DNA of 61,313 nt, filler included, from Sluysia triapertura (Eukaryota): NCBI GenBank assembly GCA_046118255.1. It is 4 parts of 4 records of this genome, joined end to end, with 100 filler letters (N's around TTAATTAATTAA, not from the genome) between each part and the next. Parts side by side here need not be neighbours in the genome. Positions count along the whole stretch, not along the records: positions 45,456 to 61,313 come from JBJNIA010216586.1; 3 more parts are not named here. One strand, written 5' to 3'. A program made the translations under genes and the position numbers. The notes beneath the pieces were generated by a model that worked only from the letters and a program-made list of their open reading frames with translations, was not told where the DNA came from and ran no database searches. Shown here in pieces: positions 52,300-61,313 of the stretch; the stretch's first letter is position 1, and every line of letters starts with the position of its first letter.

Positions 52300-52490
52300 T
52301 AACCCTCTAAACCATTTAAAAATGTCATGACCTTTAAAATCATTTAAAAGTCTTATTTTTCGAAAAGAGAAAATTCACTTCTAAAAATAGAATCGAAGCT
52401 TCTAGAAATGTTCTAGAACATTACATCTATTCCTATTCGATATTGACTAATATACAAACTAACATCAGTTTCGTGAAAATTGCCATTTGA
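52300..52490 (+). repeat. Dispersed HSE-containing repeat, copy 1
   Basis: Homologous to 58905-59140; contains GAAGCTTCTAGAAATGTTCTAGAACA. Confidence 0.7.
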
Positions 52491-53028
52491 TTTGTATGCT
52501 ACTTTTGTAAAAATTTGATTTTTACGATTTGCTATCGTATTACATATAAGGCTGTGTCAATTACTAAAGATAAATCCTCAATCACAATGTTTATCACAAA
52601 TGCGTTAAGGCAACTCTCTTAGTGGAAATGAAACTCTATTATTTTAAGTATTTTTTCTTTTCAGCTATCTTGTTCTGATTTTTATACAAAATTTGTTTAT
52701 ATAGAAGTTGGATAATTGATTAGATTAAAAATTGGAAAATGGAAATAATTACTCCACATAATTATTTATTCTTTTTAGTCGGCAATAATCCGACCGATTT
52801 TAATAATTAAATTTCCTTGGGTTTCCAATTTTATTGTTTCCTGCAATACCCAAAGATTACTCAATCCAAATTTAATATCATTATTACACTGATATTTTTA
52901 TTAATATAATATGCCAACTTAAAATAAACATAATTATAGTTAAATACCAAATGTCTTTCATCTAAAAGCTTTTTATACAATACGTCAGGCGTCAGCTTAC
53001 GTTGCACATCGATTTCAATAACATGTCT

Positions 53029-53560
53029 TGTGGCGCCAAACTTCGTCACACAAAATTTTATTATATACTTTTATAACATTTAAAACACTCATTACATCAA
53101 AAATCATTAAATTTGTATTTTGAACACCTTCAGCTTTGCTCATACCTCTAATGATACTTCCAGGTGTATTTTTCAAATTGAAAGAAGCCGAATATGAGAA
53201 GCAAGAACAAATTTATTATTATTATTTTCATGTTTTGCTTTAATAATAATAATATTATTATTATTAATTTTATTATTATGATTAACGTTATTCTTGTTAT
53301 ATTAATTATTATTATCATTATCATTATTATTACCAGTATTATTCTGGTATTTTTGGAATACGTACATGTCAGTTGTGATATGCAATCAACAGTTTTCTAC
53401 TTACCAGTTATTTTAGTTACTGTGAATTATTGACAGCTTTTAATTTGTTTCACAATTTATTTGATGTCGTCATTGGACATTCTTGTTGGTGATAAAGATT
53501 TGTTTTAATTGGTCACCATGAAAATGAATGCAAGATTTCATTGGCAGTTTAAAAATACAT
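53029..53560 (+). mobile_element. Repeat arm: TGTGGCGCC terminus, short C/A tract, (ATT)n and CCAAT module
   Basis: TTGACAGCTTT at 53430; ATTGG near 53472, 53508 and 53540. Confidence 0.5.
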
Positions 53561-53739
53561 GTACAATTTGTAACTCACAATATTAGAGTACAATTTCAAG
53601 ATTTTAGGCTCAGGATTTAGCGTTCAATGATTTAACTTATCTACAAGTTGTTCACCACAATTTAACCACAACAATTTCAAATTAAAAGTAACAAAAATTA
53701 AAGTGCGCAGGTCATGAGAGTCGCTAAGTTTATCTAATT

Positions 53740-55003
53740 ATGTAGAAAGATAATAGTGAAGATAACATATATATAGAAAGCCAATTAATATTATCTGTAC
53801 CTTCTTTTATGTCAAATAATGAACAACAACCTACTTGCCTTAGTTTTCATTGTCATCGTATTCAAGTATAACCGTCAATAAGTATAAAGTTTTTAACGCG
53901 AGAACCGACTACATTTCAGAATACACTTTTACCTACAAGTTATATGTCAGAAAAATTAAAGTGTCTTCAAAATAAAGATGATTATCTTGTTGATTATATG
54001 TTAACAACGTCAACGACAATAAAAAATACTGACAATAATGACAATTTATTATCAAGAAATTATTTAATTTATTCGACACTCCTTTTGGTGATTAATCATG
54101 ATGATATAGAATTAGACATTAAACCAGATTTATTAGATAAAGAACAATTATGGCAAAATGATACTACAAATACACATAGCAATAATGGTTCTACCTGTGA
54201 AACAATATGTAATTTCATTAAAACCGAATTAGTTTGTTATCTAACTGGTGTTGAAATTTTAAATCAAGCTAAGACCTATGTATTAATAAAGTTTTAATAA
54301 ACTTTTAAGATATTTGTGAGATTTGATGATAATTAATAAATGTTTTACTGATTATATAAAATTGTTAAAGAATAAAATAACTTTTTATTTTACAGTGAAT
54401 AATATTAAGATTAAAGAAGTTATCATAATTTCTCAGAATTTTATTAATAAAATTGTTTTTAAACGTTATCAATAAAGTTGATTTATGCCGATAAAATTCT
54501 TAACGAAAATATTATTATTGCAACTCATGTTATAATTTCTTCACCAACTTTTCACGATCTTTGAACAACAACACCTTAGTTTTTATGCACTGATTGATAA
54601 ATCATAACTATACTCCTCGATATATATTCTACCGAGAGCTATAAACGGAAACTTTTTATACCAAAGTTATATCATAAATCCAATCCAATTTATATTTGTT
54701 AACAATGCGCGACTGTTTACGCCAACGTTTACAACACCGGCCAAAATCTCTTGTTTCAGTACCAAAGACAAAGTAACAATCTACGTGATTCAAGTATTAT
54801 ATTTTGATTATTTGTGTGATTTATTTTTGATTACATGTCATTCTAGTTTTAATATCACATACTCAATAAATTTAGAGATGGTTCAACAATTAGTGAATAA
54901 TAAATTTACTAAAATGATGAATTTAAAAGTTTTTACATTTAGTTCTATATTATTCGTTACCTTTGTCATTTCTATTGTAACAAATTTAGTAAACTTAATT
55001 TAA
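53740..55003 (+). pseudogene. Decayed intronless cargo ORF, unknown family
   Basis: Collinear ORFs of 117 aa and 72 aa downstream of the module. Confidence 0.3.
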
Positions 55004-56600
55004 ATGTTAGCATTAATTTCTTTAAACATAAATTTACAACTTAATTTTACGAACTTATTTTCAACAATTTCAAATCGAATGAACATAATAAGCTTTTATT
55101 TAATATAATACTAAATAAAAACATTTGCACTAAAATATTAGCACCAAACAAATGGTATCATATCATCATATCACCCAATGTCTTAGTGAGCATCAATTTA
55201 ATATAAATTTTAATTATGCTTAAGTTAATTTTAGATTATAAAAACTAATTAAAATGACTAATTTTTACGTTATCTAAGTCGACGTGCTTCATAACATTTA
55301 AACATTAAGATTACTAATAGAATTCAGCATTACACATTAATTATAATGTTATTTTATTATTTTCAAGAAAATTATTAAATTAATTAATAAATGTACTTAT
55401 ATTTTAACAAGTAAAGCTTTATAAGGGTTCTTCCTTCGTATCTTTCTTTCTTTTATTTTGCTTTAAATAAATACTTATTTTGTTTTAAATACACTTATTC
55501 CATTGACACAATTCGGTGTATTATTTTATCTTATTTCCTCAAAATACTTACTTATTCTTGTACTATAAGCTATAACCCTAATGTCTACTTCATCTTTCAC
55601 CAAACCCAACAACTCACTGCGTCTTTTGAAATAAAATTTGTTACAAGCTGTATTAGAAAGTCCTCCAAATCAATACATTCACCAGCATGATCGAAATTAT
55701 TCCATGTCTTTATTTTTTAGCAACCACAGCCACCACAGCCACCACAATTGGTCAAATATCAAATTATTTTGAATATTCATTACTTACGCATTGATATAAA
55801 GATGATATCTATGTCGTAAAAAATACGCATTTCTTCATAAATTTTTGATAGTGGGAAATGACAGAAGTTTTTTAAAGTTATTTTCCTTCAATAAGGATAT
55901 AAACAAAGTATCAATTATTTTTATTCATCGAGAATGTCAGATTCCGTTACAGCTGCAGGAACAACTTCATTCTGAACCAGAGTTAAAAACGTGGGTCCAA
56001 CTTTCATTGGATCCTTTCCAATGTTTAGCTTCTCGAAGGTTGATAGTAGAGTCTCACTTGCCAATGTTCCATTTGAGACAGTTTTAATGTGTTTTTCGTA
56101 AGTAGGCTTGGGAAAATGTTAGAAGGTGGAAATAAAGAAAGTTTTACAGTATTAAAATATTAGACATTCTATTATTATCATTTTGATAAAACTTTTATTA
56201 TTTTTCTATTTTTTTAAAAGACAAAGAAACATTAAATATTGGACTAATTTTACATTTTCGAATAATACAAACTAACAGTACAACCGTTAATGGATTAATG
56301 TAAAAGTTACTAAAACATGCTTCCAAGGATATAACTGAGATATAAATAGAAGTATCAATAAAAGATATAAATAATTCAATAAAGTTTTTACTTGAAGTGA
56401 TCTTGACCAAGTACTTCAATAATTCAATATCTTTCAACTTATTCAAACAAAATGATTCATCGAATAGTCAAATATGTATAAATAATAATAGAAAGTAATT
56501 TAGCAAAAAGAACATGTAAAATGTAATTTAAAATTATTAAAGTTTACCTAACAAATATAGAAAAGATATTGTTTATTAAATGATATATTGAACTTATACG

Positions 56601-56756
56601 TTATCCTGAACAAAAGTGTGCCACCAAGTAAAGGAATAAAGCTTCAGTAACCATGGTACACGATACTACTACCCAGGCATAAGGAACATTGCCCTTGACA
56701 AGCACGGCCACGGCGATGATTAGACTGATGGCTAAACGAAATCCATGACATAATAA
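56601..56756 (-). CDS. Small membrane-protein ORF, paralogue 2 (no in-frame ATG seen)
   Basis: LLCHGFRLAISLIIAVAVLVKGNVPYAWVVVSCTMVTEALFLYLVAHFCSG*. Confidence 0.45.
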   Translation of the reverse strand, partial: LLCHGFRLAISLIIAVAVLVKGNVPYAWVVVSCTMVTEALFLYLVAHFCSG

Positions 56757-56989
56757 TATATAATAATAATAGTATAAAATAATAATAATGTTGGGATTAA
56801 TGACTTAAATTTTAAAATCAATGTTTTTCAATAATATACTATTTACTATTGTACATATATATATATATATATATAATGTTTAAAAGTTAATATTACAATC
56901 TTGACATTCCATGAAGAAAATTATTTTGAAGTCCAAATTTTATAAGAGTAAATTTTAATTTATAATTAATTATAGTTTTAATATATTTT

Positions 56990-58570
56990 AAAATGATAAT
57001 GGCACAAATGCAACCAATGAAAATTATAATTAACACCAAATTATTATTTGATTGGAACTTAATTTTTACGAGTGGTTTAGCAAATTTAACTATCACGATG
57101 TCCACATTATCATTAACTAGTAAAGTATTTTCAAATAGTGTAACAAAATCAAAAGCTATTATTCCATATCGTATGGCTACTTCACTCTGTGATCTACAAA
57201 TATTGAATAATTATCACGATATGCAGTGGTGGCCAAATTAATAGACTAAAGACCATTTTTCAAGGATACTATGAAACTATTAATCAAAAGTGTATAAATA
57301 CATGCCATTTACTACTGACAATTGTCACCAACAAAATGTAAAATGTTGGAAAATAACTACTTTCTCCAAAAAAATTCTGGTGAAAGTAAAATAATAGATC
57401 CAAAACATACAAAAAATTTATTCATGTAGAATGTGATAACACAATTTACTGCAAATCAAATATGTACAAACAGTTTACTCTCCTTGGTTATCTAATAATT
57501 TCCTGATCCTAAAGGCATGACATGGATGAGATTGGGGCACAATCTTTGATCTCGTCATCGTGATGCCATACTTTTATCAGAGTTTCAACCACCACTTTTT
57601 GATGGACCACCACAACTTAATTGATGCTTCATCCTTGACACGGATTTCTGGTTAACTCTCTTCTTGTGTCATTTCAGTTTCCGTAAGATAAACTTCAATT
57701 TCGGCCTTCAATTTTTCGTTTTAGTCTAATAATTTGGCCACCACTGTGAATGATGATGATCATAGTAAGGCATTGAAAATGTGGCCAGAATTAAATTGCG
57801 ATAATTATTTGATTACATTATAGACTACTTAAAATTAGACACATTTTTATTGGTTGATATTTTTGAAGAATTTAGAAAAAAACCGCCTAGTTTAAATTGG
57901 GCATCAGCACTTAAACAAAAAGATGATGAGTTACTGGTTTTAACTGATCCAGATAGGTTTATTTTTTCTGCAAATTGTGCATGTGTAAATGAAACCCCTA
58001 ATAATAATGCTAGTTTATTGTACGTAGATATTAATAATTTATATGGTTGGGCTTGATAAAGGCTTCGAAAAGATGTATGATGTGAATAAGTTAAATAAAT
58101 TAATTATAAATTTACCAAATACAGATACTGTGAATAGTAAAATAGACTATATATTCGAAGTTGACATTATTATTCCGTCTCGTGTACATGATAAATGTCA
58201 CGAATTATTTGCATCTAAATGACCACCAATTTCAAATGTTAAAAAGTTAGTATTAAATCATGAATATAAATTATATTATAAATATCATCCATTGGTGCAC
58301 ACAAGACTGTAGAAAATGTCAAATTAATAGAAACAGCAAAGAAATTAATTAATTATACCGATTAAAGACTATTTTGAAAATTCAATTAAAGTTTCTGAAG
58401 ATTTGATTGCAGTTTCACTAGGAATTTGTAAGTAGTGTGCTTAGATAGACCAAGTTATGTGTGACACAGCGATTTGTACTTATAAATTACAATATGAAGA
58501 ATTGCAAATGTGACACTTAAAATTTAGTTGTAAGATTGAAGAAATGTCTGGTGGTACTGACGGTTTCCAT
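56990..58570 (+). mobile_element. Polinton/Maverick-type protein-primed family B DNA polymerase pseudogene
   Basis: FTSGLANL..KAIIPY, ExoIII DYLKLDTFLLVDIFEEFR, PSLNWASALK, motif A LLYVDINNLYGWA, YIFEVDIIIP..HD, LDRPSYV and a degenerate xGTDG. Confidence 0.88.
57224..57746. mobile_element. Tc1-like non-autonomous element inserted in the pPolB gene
   Basis: 27-bp TIRs CAGTGGTGGCCAAATTAATAGACTAAA / TTTAGTCTAATAATTTGGCCACCACTG with one mismatch. TG on both flanks. Confidence 0.9.
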
Positions 58571-58904
58571 GGTGACGTGGATTAGTTTAAATTGAAATAT
58601 TTATTAATTTTTATTAATTTATTTATTAATGATGAATATTTATTATTTGTTGTTGTGCGAATCAATTAATTGACAATGAAAATGACTAACTGGCCACACA
58701 GAGTGCTACTACGGTTATTAAATTTAAAATGCCATTCGTCTTCATGGATTCCACGAAGGTTGTTAGTAGCTGTATCACAACTATAATTGCCAGGGAAATA
58801 CATCCTATTATCAAGAAAGCAGCGAATGCTTTTGTCCGATCATCTGTCAACAAAAATAATTAAAATAATGACAATACTAATGATAATAATGATATATTAG
58901 GTTG

Positions 58905-59140
58905 CCATCACAACCCTCTAATATATGTAAAATACCACTAAAAAACTCTAAAATTATTTAAAAAATATTTTAAAGCTTCTAAATCACCAAAAAATATTTA
59001 TTTTCTCAAAAAAGAATATAAAATTTCGAAAAAAGAAAATTAGCTTCTAAAAGTTGAATAAAAGCTTGTAGAATGTTCTAGAACATTCCATCAATTCCTA
59101 TCGGCTGATGATTAGTATATAAACTAGCATCAATTCAACT
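58905..59140 (+). promoter_or_regulatory. Dispersed repeat copy 2 with a perfect heat-shock element and TATA box
   Basis: GAATGTTCTAGAACATTC (59071-59088) is four alternating nGAAn units. TATATAAA near 59116. Confidence 0.6.
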
Positions 59141-59348
59141 AAGTACACATAATTTTCTGACGCCATCTTGTTTTCAAATTGCAAATTCTTAGTCATTCGA
59201 GCTATCAGGTTCTAATTTCAATCGGATATTGTGGAAATTAATTTGTCGAGGATTATTTATTTAGTAAGTGTTGTTATTTTAAGAGGTTTCAATCATTATG
59301 ACAGGAATCGTAAAATCCACGTAAAATATTTAAGAACTCTAATGCATA

Positions 59349-59837
59349 CAGTGGAGACTAAATTATTATACCGAAGACCATTTTTGCGATAAAATTCAAC
59401 ATTTATCTAGGACCCTGTGGCACAATCAGAGAGAAACTCATCATTAGGTCTCCTTATTACAAAGGTGGTCTTGCCATCCAATACTTGAAAGGACGACTCG
59501 TCACTAAAACACACTTGACTCCAGTCACCCTCAGTTAAATGTTGGCGTTGCTTAGCCCATGCCATCCCTGGTGTTAACTTAGGCTTTCTTCTGGGTCATC
59601 TCGCTCGCAAACCATTGTCTACAAGTCTATGACTGTTCTAACATACTGGTAGCTTTACGATTCATCATAGAAAGTTTCACTAAATATCTATCATTTCTCG
59701 CTCTTTAAAACATAATATCGCATTTTGTATATTATACATAATATTTGGTATCTTACACATTCAATAATGAACAAATAATAAGAAAATCAAAGAAAACCAT
59801 TTTTTCCTTTTATAGCCTAATAAAATGTCCACCACTG
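59349..59837 (-). mobile_element. Internally deleted Tc1 transposon
   Basis: TA-CAGTGG ... CCACTG-TA ends. Peptide RLVDNGLRAR*PRRKPKLT..AWAKQRQHLTEGDWSQVCFSDESSF. Confidence 0.9.
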
Positions 59838-60329
59838 TATATATATATTTATTTTTCGAGTTGTTATTTTCAAATGATATTAAATGAATTTCTCCCTCAA
59901 AAAATTAAATAAGTAGCAGAATGCCGAGTTAGACTTTGAATTATTAATTATATTTAACAATAAAAATTAAACTAAAAAAACATAAAATTGAGTAAATATT
60001 TCTAACACTAAATTGAGAGAAGATTGACACTAATGAAAAAAGTAAACACACATTTTCTTTATTTATTTATTACAACAATGTTAAAATGAAATTGCCAATA
60101 TTTTAAATACTGGAGCATATTTTACATCATTAAATGATTTTAACTGCTCAGTACTAGAAAATTATGAGGAACTTTTTCTGATATTTAATTCGAAGGATAT
60201 TTATTAGATTTTTACAGAATTGGTAATGATAATGGTAATTTTATAATAATAAAAATAAAATAAAATAAAATATTAATGGATGCGATACATATGTTAAGTA
60301 ATGTTTGATTCATATAGAAAATTAAAATA

Positions 60330-60760
60330 CAGTTAACTCTGTTCAATATGAACACATTTAAGTCAAAAAATTTAGTTTTATAATATGAACACTGTTTATT
60401 TCGAACAATGAACAATCACTAGTGTAAAATAAATTAATAATTTCTCCATCATTTTAACTGTCTTTTATGAACATTAAAAATACAAATCCAATACGGAAGG
60501 GAAATAATTTAAGCATCGAAGAGAAACAGAAATTTTTAAAATTATTTGTTGAAGATAAATATTGTTTTCAATGCTTTCTTGAATCAAAATACAATATTTC
60601 CTTAGGTTGTATAAATAATCTCATGAAATCTAGAGACTCCATTTTGAAGTCAAACTTGAATACCAAAAAGAAAAGAAAAACACATTTAGGTAGTGAATAT
60701 CAAGTTGATGCAATCCTGTATGAATGGTTCCAGATTCAGAGAATAAGAAATATCAATATA
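60330..60760 (+). mobile_element. Tigger/pogo 5' fragment, second copy of the 6020 family
   Basis: TA-CAGTTAACTCTG start. High nucleotide similarity to 6080-6400, including the CENP-B HTH segment AILYEWFQIQR. Confidence 0.9.
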
Positions 60761-61243
60761 TTATTTATTATAAGATGCAATCTTTACTAGGTTATTAATG
60801 AGCCAACTACTCACCCTATCAGTTTGGAGGTAATGTTTTTCGTAACTTGTACATGTTAATATTATTTTAAAAATAATCAAAACTAACCTTGATTACTGTT
60901 GAATAATTCGGGATAAGTAGCCAAACATATAATACATCCGATTAGGGCAAATACGTAAAATACTATTAAAATTTGCTTGATGTTAATAGTAACCATTTTT
61001 CGAATAAATAAACAAATAAATAGTCAAATAAATACATATATATAAAATATTTCAATACGAGTCACACACGTGTTGTGGCACACATTATATAAATAAATGA
61101 AATCCGAGTTTCGAAATGCACTTTAATCTAATTTCAAACAATGAATGTTTTGTGCGATTGGCGAAAAAATTTGAATTATTAATATTTTGAATGTAATAAA
61201 TATAAAAGGTGTACTTTCTCCATGTTTTATCAGTACAGTTTAA

Positions 61244-61313
<70 letters not shown>
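61244..61313. repeat. (AAT)n microsatellite
   Basis: Perfect run at the window end. Confidence 0.95.

Noticed and set aside
53031-53041. tRNA-Lys primer-binding site (TGGCGCC)
   Set aside because: The match is only 7 nt, and equivalent positions in other arms vary.

Overview
Very AT-rich eukaryotic (metazoan) draft scaffold with five N-gaps; three gaps carry an artificial TTAATTAATTAA linker. The AT richness and a 34-bp GT-AG intron would fit a compact invertebrate genome such as an orthonectid (inference only). Two host genes are recognisable. One is a FRAS1/FREM-family ECM gene with CSPG repeats and one Calx-beta domain (exons 8770-10835, 14269-14471, 15906-16043, 16119-16141). The other is a WAVE/SCAR gene (46075-47446) whose last exon was not found. 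The rest is mostly decayed mobile elements: Tigger/pogo x2, several Tc1, hAT, piggyBac-like, L2 LINE, a tRNA-derived SINE, Gypsy fragments and a Polinton-type pPolB. The most notable unexplained pattern is a recurring module: TGTRGYG terminus, C/A-skewed tract, purine-rich spacer, (ATT)n, then TGACAGCT/CCAAT/TATA motifs. About ten full or partial copies occur, mostly as inward-facing pairs. They lie next to intronless cargo-like sequences: MAPK7-, Unkempt-, DEAD-box-, SET- and TBP-like fragments, plus one intact 500-aa orphan ORF. All family calls come from motif recognition by eye; no database searches were run.
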